DNA of 64,000 nucleotides from assembly GCF_001194135.2 (NCBI RefSeq), contig NC_068989.1, forward strand, positions 17,158,089 to 17,222,088, in the 5' to 3' direction. How positions within the stretch are numbered: the stretch's first letter is position 1; every line of letters begins with the position of its first letter. A model generated the notes under the pieces. That model made no database searches and was not told the DNA's origin. It saw only the letters and a list, made by a program, of their open reading frames with translations. Below are positions 25,472 to 38,462 of the stretch, in pieces. The position numbers and the translations under genes were made by a program. Source of the DNA: Octopus bimaculoides. Its lineage: Eukaryota.

Positions 25472-26528
25472 CTAAAAAATATAAAGAAATCATCGTTTAA
25501 GAGATTTGTGAAAATCATACGTTTATTAGTATATTAAAAACATCTCTATATAATTACATAACAATATCCTAACTGTTACCGCCACACGGGCTTTTTCTGC
25601 TAGAATTTATGGTGGCGTAACGATCAATTTTAAGCGCTGATTTCTTGCCCACCTGAGCTCCTTCAGGAATATCACTAAAAATCGATCTACACCCACATCC
25701 ACCACATCAAAATTATGATATTATCTATGGCATTGCCTGGTCCATAATTGAAAATGGAATACCGTACACAGAAACCAATTACCATGTAATTTATTCTGAT
25801 GTGAGTCTCTTAGTATGAGAATAAAGACCGTCTCTTTAATCGCTTCTCTAGCGTAATCACATTTTGGTGCCACCAGTAGTTTTCTTATTACCATAAATCA
25901 CTATGTTCTAACCGAACTAATTATGCCTTCCAATTTTGTTCTAAGACTCTTTCGCTATAATACTTCCTTCATAACGCTCGTATTTCTCTTACCGCTACAT
26001 TTGGCGACATTTAGGTTTTTCACGTCTTTAGCATACCCACCAGCGTGTCTCTCTCTTCTTTTTCTCATACCAGCGCGCCATCACTTCATCTCCTCCTCCA
26101 GTTTTACTGATCAACGCGAAACGCACACTTTAAAATGTCCATAACTATGTCCTATTAGAGTCTTACTCAAGATTTTTATCTTTATTTTTTTATCACTTTC
26201 CTACCATTTTTGGTCAGATATGATTTATGATAATGCTAAGCATCTGTTATGTGTCTCTGAAATCGGCTGGCCTAATACATTTCTGTCTCACTGTTAATTT
26301 CTTCTTTGTTAGAAACCGGACCTCATTTGATCTAGTTTCCATAACAATTTTCTCTAACTTTATGGCCTGGCTTATTTCTTGCAGCTGTTAACTGACGATT
26401 TTGAATTGCTAAAATTACTAATTCTCCATTGAGACCCAATCCTTTCCTCTCCATGTCCTTTTTCTCCTTATCTCCTCATACTTCTTGCTATAACTCCTCT
26501 TCAACCATTCTTACATTTCTTCCTATTG

Positions 26529-26640
<112 letters not shown>

Positions 26641-26926
26641 TGTGTGTGTATGTGTGTGTGCGTGCGTGTGTGTATAAAAATATTCTGTACTGTGCTATTT
26701 GTCAGCGGATACTATGACTGTGCCTTAAGGGTCTCTGAAATTTCGTATTAATCCATACGCTTGAAATACAATTGGACCTTATCAACATAATATGCATGCT
26801 TATGGCAGCGGTGACCGATTATCCGAAACAGCTGTAAAAAATTTGTAACATCACTTATTTGTACACGCAGCTTGCCGAGTGAATACGTTCCTTACACCCA
26901 TTACTATTAGTTTGATTTTTCCGCAC

Positions 26927-26965
<39 letters not shown>

Positions 26966-27130
26966 TAGCCCCTGTGTGTAGCCCCTTGTGGGTAGTAAAG
27001 AAATAACATACACACACATACATGCATACAAGCATATATATTATATCTTATCATATTATATTATATATGAGTGAGTGCATTCAATTACTAACCAGTTGTC
27101 CGATATTGTCCTCAACTCCATATTACTCAC

Positions 27131-27357
27131 CGTAGGTATATTTAAATGGTCGTTTGCCAACTGTAGTCCCAGACGACAGTTATTGACACGGTTGTGAGGC
27201 TGTAGGAAGGTAAAGTGTGGACATAAACCCGGGCAGACGGCGTTTAGAAGAGCGCATAGGACAATTCCATCGTTCCAGCTCGTGTGGAAATTGGTCACTT
27301 GAAATTGTGGAAGAACATTCGAGATCCAAATCAGTAGATTTACCTTTCGTTGCTTTT
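27131..27357 (-). CDS. Filamin-like gene exon encoding most of a calponin-homology (CH2-type) actin-binding domain
   Basis: Translation (x)KQRKVNLLIWISNVLPQFQVTNFHTSWNDGIVLCALLNAVCPGLCPHFTFLQPHNRVNNCRLGLQLANDHLNIPT matches the filamin/alpha-actinin CH2 pattern (LL.WI...LP....TNF...WNDG..LCAL.....PGL.P). Acceptor ttgcag| at 27359-27358, donor |gtgagt at 27130; 227 nt, phase 1 in, phase 0 out. Confidence 0.9.
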
Positions 27358-27436
27358 CTGCAACATATCGACAATGGTAAAATAATGTGAACACACGGGA
27401 AACAATGTACTAACAACAATAGCAACAGAAGCAAAA

Positions 27437-27485
<49 letters not shown>

Positions 27486-27844
27486 ATAATAATAATAATA
27501 ATAGTGGGGGAGTATCATAGCCATGTGTTGAGAGAAATTCTTTGGGGTTTGAATAATTCACCTTTGGAAAGATGGGTGTTTTGCACAACATCCTTAAACA
27601 AACCTTATTCGGGACCTTTTGAGCGGGATAAGCTACTCGACCTGAAGAAAATTCTAACTGGGCCCCACCTGCAAGGTCATGCGCTGTTTATCTTGATATG
27701 AGATCACCATGTCGCGCACATATGGTTGTGATGCATGTACCTAGTGTACCCTTATCAGACGGGTAATCATGATGGGTATAATGGGCTTCGTATATTTTAC
27801 CCCAGTGTCACTTTGATGGCATGCACTGCTCTCTCACTCAGTAA

Positions 27845-28422
27845 TAATAACAATGATTTCTTTTATTTGCCATCATGGACAGTACAAAGGCAGACATAAA
27901 GAGTGGGGGTTTACATATAATGGCATGATGAAATGAAAAGTACACACGGTATATATTAGAAGGGAAGTATACATAGTATACGACACTAGAAGAAGAGGGG
28001 AAAAAGTGATAGTGACGGGGTCCCCTGATACAGGAGGACCTCGAGGGATACTCGAGGAACCCTACCATCCAAGATCACCCTGAATACTAAGGACGAGAGC
28101 CCTCTCCAACTCCACTCTTACCATTTTCGAAACTTTCACCCACCTTCTTATACATCCACTCGAGGACAGCACCTCCTTCTCCACCCTCACTTTCCGTTTC
28201 AAGTGAAACTTGAAAACGTCGATGAGGGTTGTACCAAAGAGGAAAATTTCTGTCCTCATTCCTTTCAGTCTCGTCCACCAGACAACCTCTTTCGCCACAA
28301 CCACCAGACAAAGGAAAACTGCCTTGCCTGCCCTAGTAAAGGAGGGCGGCGGAGTAATCGTCATTATGGACTCGACTAACAGACAGATCCGTCCCACAGG
28401 CCACAGCAGCTGTTCGACATAG
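27845..28422 (-). mobile_element. L1/Tx1-type LINE 3' end
   Basis: VFLCLVVVAKEVVWWTRLKGMRTEIFLFGTTLIDVFKFHLKRKVRVEKEVLSSSGCIRRWV (L1/Tx1-like ORF2 C-terminus, AK..IW..R ... F...W), then a 3' UTR with AATAAA near 27865. 5' part lies in a gap. Confidence 0.75.
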
Positions 28423-29331
28423 NNNNNNNNNNNNNNNNNNNNNNNNNNNNNNNNNNNNNNNNNNNNNNNNNNNNNNNNNNNNNNNNNNNNNNNNNNNNNN
28501 NNNNNNNNNNNNNNNNNNNNNNNNNNNNNNNNNNNNNNNNNNNNNNNNNNNNNNNNNNNNNNNNNNNNNNNNNNNNNNNNNNNNNNNNNNNNNNNNNNNN
28601 NNNNNNNNNNNNNNNNNNNNNNNNNNNNNNNNNNNNNNNNNNNNNNNNNNNNNNNNNNNNNNNNNNNNNNNNNNNNNNNNNNNNNNNNNNNNNNNNNNNN
28701 NNNNNNNNNNNNNNNNNNNNNNNNNNNNNNNNNNNNNNNNNNNNNNNNNNNNNNNNNNNNNNNNNNNNNNNNNNNNNNNNNNNNNNNNNNNNNNNNNNNN
28801 NNNNNNNNNNNNNNNNNNNNNNNNNNNNNNNNNNNNNNNNNNNNNNNNNNNNNNNNNNNNNNNNNNNNNNNNNNNNNNNNNNNNNNNNNNNNNNNNNNNN
28901 NNNNNNNNNNNNNNNNNNNNNNNNNNNNNNNNNNNNNNNNNNNNNNNNNNNNNNNNNNNNNNNNNNNNNNNNNNNNNNNNNNNNNNNNNNNNNNNNNNNN
29001 NNNNNNNNNNNNNNNNNNNNNNNNNNNNNNNNNNNNNNNNNNNNNNNNNNNNNNNNNNNNNNNNNNNNNNNNNNNNNNNNNNNNNNNNNNNNNNNNNNNN
29101 NNNNNNNNNNNNNNNNNNNNNNNNNNNNNNNNNNNNNNNNNNNNNNNNNNNNNNNNNNNNNNNNNNNNNNNNNNNNNNNNNNNNNNNNNNNNNNNNNNNN
29201 NNNNNNNNNNNNNNNNNNNNNNNNNNNNNNNNNNNNNNNNNNNNNNNNNNNNNNNNNNNNNNNNNNNNNNNNNNNNNNNNNNNNNNNNNNNNNNNNNNNN
29301 NNNNNNNNNNNNNNNNNNNNNNNNNNNNNNN

Positions 29332-29706
29332 CTGACGATATGTCCATCTCTGATCATGAGCAGAAGTAGTGGAGGAGCATCATAGCCATGTGTTGAGAGG
29401 AATTCTTTGGGGTTTGGAGTAATTCACCTTTGGAAACATGGGTGTTTTGCTCAACATCCTTAAACAAACCTTATTCAGGGACCTTTTGAGCGGTATGGGC
29501 TACTCGACCTGAAGAAAATTCTAACTGGGCCCCACCTGCGAAATCATGCGCTGTTTATCTTGATATGAGACCACTATGTTGCGCACATATGGTTGTGATG
29601 CACGTGCCTGGTGTACCCTTATCAGACGGGTAGTCATGATGGGTATATTGGGCTTTGTATATTTTACCCCAGTGTCACTTTGATGGCATACCCTGATCTC
29701 TCACTC
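29332..29706. mobile_element. Interspersed repeat family D (copies at ~27500-27840 in the same orientation and ~39812-40030 inverted)
   Basis: Shared ~340-bp block atagccatgtgttgagag...gacctgaagaaaattctaactgggcccacctgc...cttatcagacgggtagtcatgatgggtata...gtcactttgatggca. Confidence 0.8.
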
Positions 29707-29975
<269 letters not shown>

Positions 29976-30490
29976 AGTTTTGAGCACAAACCGTAGAGAT
30001 TGGCGGAGTCGGAAACCTGCAAAATCCTGTAGGATTTTCAAATCCAAACAGGTCAAGTGCTAGAGGATAACAAACCGGACTTAGTGGTGGAAGACAAGGT
30101 GTACCAAATGTGTTATATAATTGATGCTGTGTAACCCTTTGAGCCACGAATAGTCAAGAAGGAAGGCAAGAAAACCGACAGTCCTCTTCAGTACGATATA
30201 TCCCAGCTATGGAAAATGAAGGTGAAGGTAGTGCCAATTATTGTCGGGCCCTTGGGGACAACATCAGAAGGCATTAAGAGGAATATAAAGGGAATCGGAA
30301 CGAAATAACCCGTAAAGCTGTTAGAAACGGTTTGCCTCCTTGGCACGTCTGAGATAATCAGAAAAGTATTAGATAGTTGGAAAGAACAGATAGCATGTTA
30401 CTGTAGGCTGCAGGTAGCAAGCTCGCTAGGTATGCAAGACCCCAGAAGTTCCAACAAAAACTGGGTTAAAAAGAACAATAATAATAAAAA
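29976..30490 (+). mobile_element. RLE LINE 3' fragment, same subfamily as 18352-18975
   Basis: KIL*DFQIQT...DNKPDLVVEDK ... VCLLGTSEIIRKVL; 3' UTR similar to 18900-18970. Flanked by (AAT)n on the left and a short aataataataa on the right. Confidence 0.8.
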
Positions 30491-31084
30491 GTTTTTGATC
30501 TTGGAACAAGGCTAACATTTTAGATTGGTACTTGACTGGTACTTTATTTTATCAACCATGGAGCGATGAAAAGCAGATTCGACTATTATTATTCGACTAT
30601 TATTATTCAACTCTGGCGTCTTAACGATTCTAATAATGACTTCGAACATCAATAGCATACACTAGTGAACGTTATTGGCACTCTTTATTGACACTGAAGT
30701 AATCAAATGTCAAACTGTACCATGCTTCTTAAAATGATTAGCAGTAATCCTCGTTGTTTATATGTGGCATATTTACTAGTAATATACTACGATTAAGTCC
30801 AAAACAACGATATTCTTATTCGGACAAAAATATTGAAATTTTATTTCAAATTCACTAGACAGCATGAATTACAAAGTTCGCCGAGAAAAAACCCACGACA
30901 AAACAGAGTCAATAATGAACGAAATATAAAGTTGTTAGACCTGCGAAAATTAACAGCTGGGTTTTTCTCCAATCTTTACCAAGAAAACTAAAGAAAATCA
31001 TTATCAGAAGTTGTTACAGCAGCACTAGCTACAACAGCAACAACTCTGATGACTGAAGATACAAGAACAAAATATATTTCTTAC

Positions 31085-31282
31085 CGGATGATAGAATGTC
31101 TTTGAGTAATTGGTGAAAGCTTGGTTGGTAAAGTTGGACACCAAGGCTGTTCTGAGCATTAAGATTTCTATATCTCTTCGTGAATATATAGAAAGGAGTA
31201 AAGCTGTGTAACCAGTAAAGTTGATTGTATATCTTGTACAACAAACAGTGAAGCAGTAACAGGATACATACCCGGGCTGTAG
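31085..31282 (-). CDS. Candidate upstream exon of the filamin-like gene
   Basis: Acceptor ttccgcag| (31284-31283) and strong donor ccg|gtaaga (31084); 198 nt. The phase-1/phase-1 frame (TARVCILLLLHCLLYKIYNQLYWLHSF...LLKDILSS) is open and joins the CH exon in frame. Only a weak resemblance to a CH1 helix; a second frame is also open. Confidence 0.45.
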
Positions 31283-32091
31283 CTGCGGAATTCGTAAATA
31301 TAATATATTTAAGTGAATAGGGTAAAACATGACCGTTGACCAAAATTACAATGTCTAATAGTCAAAAAGAGTCTGATAATGTTACACCTAGCTAAACATT
31401 TACATACATATATACATACATACAACAAGACATGCATGCACGTATCCATCCATCCATCCACCCATCCATCCATACAAGAAAATACCTTAAAGTAAAATGA
31501 TTAACTAGAAATTTAAATCGAAGTCAATCAGCAGTCTATAGAGTCTATAAAGACATTAGGTGTCAACTATTTATCACAGCAACTCCTTCCCAGAAAGATG
31601 CAAAGTCATCCCGAAGGAAAATGTGGAGCGAAGTGAAGAAGTTAAATTAGGTAACAGTCTTTGTATTAAACCAGTCACAAACAGCATCGGCGGCGAGACC
31701 CTTGAGTCGGTGATTTAAAAACATCAAGACAAAAAAGCACAAGGAAGGTTTCAGTTGATCCAATCAACTGGAACAGCCTGCTTATGAAAATGACGTTCAA
31801 GTGGCTGAGCACTCCACAGACACGCCAATCCATGACGTACTTGTCAGAGAAATTCAGTGTGACACGGAATATAACTTTGAAATGCGGGTACTACTCATTT
31901 TTGCCAGTTGAGTGGACCGAAGCAATGTGAAATAAAGTGTCTTGCTGAAGGGCACAACGCAGCGCCAAGAATCTTGCCCACGACCATATGACCGTGAACC
32001 GAATACCATAAGCATTAAGCCACACGTCCCCACTATACATATATACATATATATATATATACATATATGTGTATATATATGTATATATATA

Positions 32092-32139
<48 letters not shown>

Positions 32140-32399
32140 NNNNNNNNNNNNNNNNNNNNNNNNNNNNNNNNNNNNNNNNNNNNNNNNNNNNNNNNNNNNN
32201 NNNNNNNNNNNNNNNNNNNNNNNNNNNNNNNNNNNNNNNNNNNNNNNNNNNNNNNNNNNNNNNNNNNNNNNNNNNNNNNNNNNNNNNNNNNNNNNNNNNN
32301 NNNNNNNNNNNNNNNNNNNNNNNNNNNNNNNNNNNNNNNNNNNNNNNNNNNNNNNNNNNNNNNNNNNNNNNNNNNNNNNNNNNNNNNNNNNNNNNNNNN

Positions 32400-33478
32400 A
32401 TGATGGTGGAAGATATCAACTCCTTACTTGTTTTTCTAAAATGCACCATAAATGTTTAATAATATTGAGATCTGGGGACTGTGGTGGCCAGATAAGATGT
32501 TCAACTTCACTAGAATGTTCCTCGTGCCATTCAGTAACAACTTTAGCTGTGTGAATTAATTGGTGCATTATCATCCTGAAAGATTGCGTATCCCTCCGGA
32601 AACAGTTCCGCAACCATAGGATGAATTTGATCAGATAAAATGCTTAAATAGTCTTAACTATTAATTCTGCCATGGAGGGGGACCATTGGGCTGGCAGATT
32701 TCCAAGATATAGCCCCCAGGTCATCACAGATTCTCCTCCATATTTAACAGTTGGAAGAAGGTAGCCTGGGTCAAATGCTTCTTATGGCTGTCTCCACACG
32801 TATACTCGGCCGGTGGTCGGAAATAAGGTAAAGGATGACTCGTTCGAGAAAATAATATTCTTCCACTGCTCTAGGGACCAATTCTGTAGGTTTTTATTCT
32901 ACTCTAAACCCTTTGCAACGTATGTTCTTGAAAGTAGTTGTTCTGTGATTGCAACCCTTCCTCCCCGTGAAATCCGGCTTTGTGAAGCTCTCGGCGAACA
33001 GTTTTTGTGGAAACTCGGAGGTGGTTATTAAGCTCTGCAGTAATTTTGGGAGCAGTACTTTTGCGATCCTTTCTAACAATTCGCGTAAAAGTCCGACGGT
33101 CCCTATCTGAAAGGTTTGGTTTTCTTTCGGAGTTTTGTTTTGACGAGGAGGTTTTTCCCTCTTTCTCAAAGAATGTCATTACTTTCGAGACAGTACTTCT
33201 TGATACACCAAACATTTCGGCTGTTTCCGTTATGCTAGCGCCTGCCATACGAGCACCAACAATTTGACCTGTTTGAACGTCCGATAAATTAGTCATTTTA
33301 ATGAATTTTAATTACCTTTTTCTGATGATATCTGAAAAGAAACAGCAATGTTAGCAAAACATATTAAGCAACACTAATAATAAATCAAAAAGCATAAAAA
33401 TAAACAAGCTTTTGACGGTTTTATAGACATTTATGATGCTATGATGCTAGGTGTTTCCATTATTTTGTCCAACTCCTG
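32400..33478 (-). mobile_element. Tc1-family transposon, same family as 8426-9065, decayed
   Basis: Left TIR TA|CAGGAGTTGGACAAAATAATGGAAACACCT at 33478. Transposase from 33296 (MTNLSDVQTGQIVGARMAGAS...), then WPPQSPDLNIIKHLWCILEKQVRS (DD34E third-residue region, E mutated). Frameshifts present; right end lies in a gap. Confidence 0.9.
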
Positions 33479-33507
33479 TATATATACAAAGAGAGAGAGA
33501 GAAGAGA

Positions 33508-33586
<79 letters not shown>

Positions 33587-33587
33587 G

Positions 33588-33629
<42 letters not shown>

Positions 33630-34117
33630 CAGATAGCAGGCGTAACTCATTTTCAGCTGATCTTGCCCATGCTCACTAGAAGCTGCCCACTCCGGGAGAC
33701 AATCCCACAGCATTGTGATCGTAAGTTCAACGGCCTATAACTAAACTAGATGCATACATACATGCAGATAGACAGACGGGCGGACAGACAAATTAGTCAA
33801 GCTATGCTGGCAAACAATATACAATATTGACACACTCTAAGATAGATGTTTTATAGAAAATTATAAACAAATCTCTTTCAGGCATGTCACGTGTAGTTAT
33901 TTGTCGGCTGATAGGTTGGTGAATGGAAGCGGATTAACAATATTGCGGCTATACACTTATATAATCTGGATAAGCTCCTTACACAGCCAGATGAATATGA
34001 TTAATAATGCTTGCATTTACAATACACACAAATATATGCATATGTGTGTGTGTGTGTATGTGTGTGTGTGTGTGTGTGTGTGTATGTCGCCGTGTGTACT
34101 GACACGCACATATATCG

Positions 34118-34164
<47 letters not shown>

Positions 34165-34272
34165 TGTGTACATAAACACTCGCACGCACATACAGAGAAA
34201 GATAGCTAGATAAATAAAGATAGATAGCTAGATAGATAGATAGATATGTGTGGCGTATGTGTGTGTACGCGT

Positions 34273-34313
<41 letters not shown>

Positions 34314-34959
34314 TAGGTATGAGTGTGCACGCAGATTTTCCTTTAAGTATCCAAAAAAAGAAAAAAAAAAAATCCACACCACTCATATTCGCACATTAAC
34401 ATATTTCTCTTAAGCTAATAAGCATATATGAGTATTATTGCAACCACTCGCAAAGAGACGTTCGCATACATAAATACACGTATATAAATATTTATCTACG
34501 TACGCATGCATCCATCCATACATGCATACATACATACATGATAGCAATGTCGTCGTGTTCCAAGATCACAAGGAAGAGCGGCACATTCTCAGGGGACAAT
34601 GCAAGCCGATCCTCGACGCATTTCTTTCTGCCCTCACTCAATAGTTTGAAAGAGGGAACCAGTCTGTGTAATCCGATCCCACTCTTTAGACCTGGAAGGG
34701 TAAGACAGCTGCGATGACCAACAAGCTGTAGGTCTTACCTTGGAGTACCTTCTCCAAGGTGAATTGCCTTACAGGATTGGAGAGCTCCTTCTTCTTTAGA
34801 AACGGAAGAAGGGTATCATAGAGTGCATCGGATCACCTGAAAGATTTACTGTTTCATTTGCCCTTAGCCTTGTCTTGTCTCAAGGCATTCACAAAGCAGC
34901 GAGGCTTTGTGCTTCGCATGTCTTCCATTGTTGGCACTTCGTCGCTTACGACGACGAGG

Positions 34960-35310
34960 GCTCCAGTTGATCCGATCAACGGAACAGCCTGCTCGTGAAA
35001 TTAACGTGCAAGTGGCTGAGCACTCCACAGACACGTGTACCCTTAACGTAGTTCTCGGGGATATTCAGCGTGACACAGAGTGACAAGGCTGGCCCTTTGA
35101 AGTACAGACACAACAGAAATAGGAAGTAAAAGTGAGAGAAAGTTGTGGTGAAAGAGTACAGCAGGGTTTGCCACCATCCCCTGCCGGAGCCTCGTGGAGC
35201 TTTAAGTGTTATCGCTCAATAAACACTCACAACGCTCGGTCTGGGAATCGAAACCGCGATCCTATGACCGCGAGTCCGCTACCCTAACCACTGGGCCATT
35301 GCGCCTTCAC
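34960..35310 (-). mobile_element. tRNA-derived SINE (family B-related subfamily)
   Basis: Head gaaggcgcaatggcccagtggttagggtagcggactcgcggtcataggatcgcggtttcgattcccag; reverse complement of 60288-60640. Confidence 0.85.
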
Positions 35311-35739
35311 CAGGTCTTCCATAACATACTAAGAAATCCATATCTGGCACCCTGTCAAATGTAAATACTCCGAGTAAGAGTTGGCCTGGGAGCAATAGTG
35401 GCTAAGAGGAAGTTCCATACTCTTCAAAATCCTGGAACTGCAGAAATAGTAACCCACAACAGAATGCATTTTAAATTCATTCCCATTATATACATTCAAT
35501 CATACATGCATGCATCCATCCATCTATACATACATGATTCCATGTATATATCCATATATGCATGGATACATACATACATACATACGTTATTATCCTAAAC
35601 AACGACAAAACCTTCCTTTGTGCATAGCATGCGAACTCCTTGTCAAAACTCCTTGCCAGTGTGCACCGTTGATCTCACTAAGAGCGTAGTTTCCTACCAA
35701 AACGCACTATCACGTCATAAGTAGACGGAGCTTTTTGCG

Positions 35740-35770
<31 letters not shown>

Positions 35771-35771
<1 letters not shown>

Positions 35772-37020
35772 CAGGTTGAGTAAAAAGTAAGCAACGTTTT
35801 GACGAATTTGTACCGGATTTTTGCAGAGCTTTGAATTTTTTAAACATTTTTTAGCAATTGTCTGATTATACATAGACTTGCCGTAAAGCATCAATAAATT
35901 AACATTGATATTTTTTGCACCGTGGTTACAATCAACTGAAATGGAACTGTCAAGGCGCGATATTTGAGCAATTTTGCTATTCAATTTCAAAAAAGGACGT
36001 GAAGCAGTTGAAACTGTTTGCGATATCAACAAAACGTTTGGTGAGGAAATGACCAGTGAGTAGTCAGCTCGACAATGGTTTAAACGATTTCACAGTGGAG
36101 ACCTGAGCCTTGAAGAGCGTAGTGGACGCCCATCTGTCATCGATGACGGTCAATTAAAGACGGTCATTGAGAAAGATCCACGTAAAACCACCCGAGAACT
36201 AACAAAAGAACTTCAAGTTAACCAGAAAACTGCCTGCAACCATTTGCATGCTATCGGAAATTCAAAAGAGCTCGACGATTTAACGAAAATCAGAAAATGC
36301 GCAGATATGAAATTGACTCGTCGCTTCTTCTCCGTAACCAGACCGATCTCGACCGTATTGTAACTTGCGATGAAAAGTGGATTCTGTACCATAATAAAAA
36401 ACGTTTTTTTTTTTTTTTGAAGCGGTTGGACCAAAATGAAGCACCGAAAACCTTCCCTAAATCCGAGCTCTTCAAATAGAAGGTTATGGTGACTGTTTGG
36501 TGGTATGCTGCCGGACTTCTCCACTATAACTTCTTAAAACCAGGAAAAACCATTACTGCAGAAACATATTACCATGAAATTGCTAAAATGGACGAAAAAC
36601 TGCTACTCCTCGTCCCAGACTGGTCAACAGAAGAAGGCCAATCATTCGTCATTACAATGCCTGACCACACGTTTCACTAATGACGCTCCAGAAGTTGAGG
36701 GAACTTGGCCACGAAGTTCTTCCCCACCCAGCTTATTCCTCAGACCTTTCTCCTACCAACTGCCATTTTTTTCAAGCACCTTGATGGTTTCCTGCGAGAG
36801 AAGAATTTCAAAAATCAAACCGATGCTGAAGGTGCGTTCAAAGAGTTAATCAGCTCCAGAACTCTTTTATGTTACCGGAATAAACAAACTTGTATCTCGT
36901 TGACAAAAATGTGTTGATTGTAATGGTACTTATCTGGATGAATAAAATTTCAGCATTGTTGAGATGTATTGTGATCAATTTCATTTTCCAAAACGTTGCT
37001 CACTTTTTTACTCAGCCTGA
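35771..37020 (+). mobile_element. Full-length (~1.25 kb) inactive mariner (DD34D) element
   Basis: TIRs tcaggttgagtaaaaagtaagcaacgtttt (35771) and aaaacgttgctcacttttttactcagcctga (to 37020) followed by TA. Transposase from ATG 35941 with DRIVTCDEKWILY, VMVTVWW and YSSDLSPTN motifs; several stops and frameshifts, WVPHEL motif deleted. Confidence 0.92.
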
Positions 37021-38039
37021 TATATATATATATATATATATANNNNNNNNNNNNNNNNNNNNNNNNNNNNNNNNNNNNNNNNNNNNNNNNNNNNNNNNNN
37101 NNNNNNNNNNNNNNNNNNNNNNNNNNNNNNNNNNNNNNNNNNNNNNNNNNNNNNNNNNNNNNNNNNNNNNNNNNNNNNNNNNNNNNNNNNNNNNNNNNNN
37201 NNNNNNNNNNNNNNNNNNNNNNNNNNNNNNNNNNNNNNNNNNNNNNNNNNNNNNNNNNNNNNNNNNNNNNNNNNNNNNNNNNNNNNNNNNNNNNNNNNNN
37301 NNNNNNNNNNNNNNNNNNNNNNNNNNNNNNNNNNNNNNNNNNNNNNNNNNNNNNNNNNNNNNNNNNNNNNNNNNNNNNNNNNNNNNNNNNNNNNNNNNNN
37401 NNNNNNNNNNNNNNNNNNNNNNNNNNNNNNNNNNNNNNNNNNNNNNNNNNNNNNNNNNNNNNNNNNNNNNNNNNNNNNNNNNNNNNNNNNNNNNNNNNNN
37501 NNNNNNNNNNNNNNNNNNNNNNNNNNNNNNNNNNNNNNNNNNNNNNNNNNNNNNNNNNNNNNNNNNNNNNNNNNNNNNNNNNNNNNNNNNNNNNNNNNNN
37601 NNNNNNNNNNNNNNNNNNNNNNNNNNNNNNNNNNNNNNNNNNNNNNNNNNNNNNNNNNNNNNNNNNNNNNNNNNNNNNNNNNNNNNNNNNNNNNNNNNNN
37701 NNNNNNNNNNNNNNNNNNNNNNNNNNNNNNNNNNNNNNNNNNNNNNNNNNNNNNNNNNNNNNNNNNNNNNNNNNNNNNNNNNNNNNNNNNNNNNNNNNNN
37801 NNNNNNNNNNNNNNNNNNNNNNNNTATTGTATAGTAATGCCCTTATATAAATATAAATATATATTTCGGGAATAAATGATGGATTTTTTTCCCTTATGAG
37901 GTTTTTTTCACGCTAGCTACTTGATAAATTCTTGTAAAAGAATTCGTCCTATTATTGAATTTAAATTTATATATATATATATATATATATATAGGGAAAA
38001 TTCACACAAAAAAACAAAAACAAACGACGATGGCAGGTG

Positions 38040-38160
38040 GTATAGAAAACAAACAGATGTATTAGTATAACGCTCGGGAATTGAAAAAGTCTTTAATGTT
38101 TCGAGCCTACGCTCTTCCACAGAAAGGAACACAGAAAGAAACAAGGGGAGAAAAAAATGT
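38040..38160 (-). mobile_element. Second copy of the same Penelope-like terminal repeat with a decayed hammerhead motif (38090-38127)
   Basis: Minus strand CCUUU CUGUGGA A GAGC guag GCUC GAAAC AUU AAAGA followed by ttcccgagcgttatactaata, which aligns with 1748-1775. Stem III is mismatched. Confidence 0.6.
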
Positions 38161-38297
38161 GTGCAATGGTTAGCGATCTATCATGATGTATGTATGTATG
38201 TATTCTGTGTGTGTGTGTATTGCATGCATACATACATACACACACATACATACATTTGTTTTGGGACAAAATAGAAACATCATGTTAAATTGACGTT

Positions 38298-38462
38298 TTA
38301 CACGGGGTTGGTCCATCTTTGGCATGATTCACTCTTGTAATACGTCGAGGAATTGATTCGTACATGTTCTGAACGGTTGTTAGCGGAATGTTTAGTAATT
38401 ATTCATATAAAATCTGCTTTAGATCTTTCTACGACGATGGCGGAAGGAAGCGGCTCCTCACT
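38298..38462 (-). pseudogene. Tc1 transposase C-terminal remnant
   Basis: VRSRFLPPSS*KDLKQILYE*LLNIPLTTVQNMYESIPRRITRVNHAKDGPTPC, the typical Tc1 C-terminus with stop codons. Confidence 0.7.

Noticed and set aside
27500-29706. Family D repeats flanking the L1 fragment, considered as LTRs or an assembly duplication
   Set aside because: The two copies are clearly diverged, a third copy lies elsewhere, and there are no TG..CA ends or PBS; they are independent insertions.
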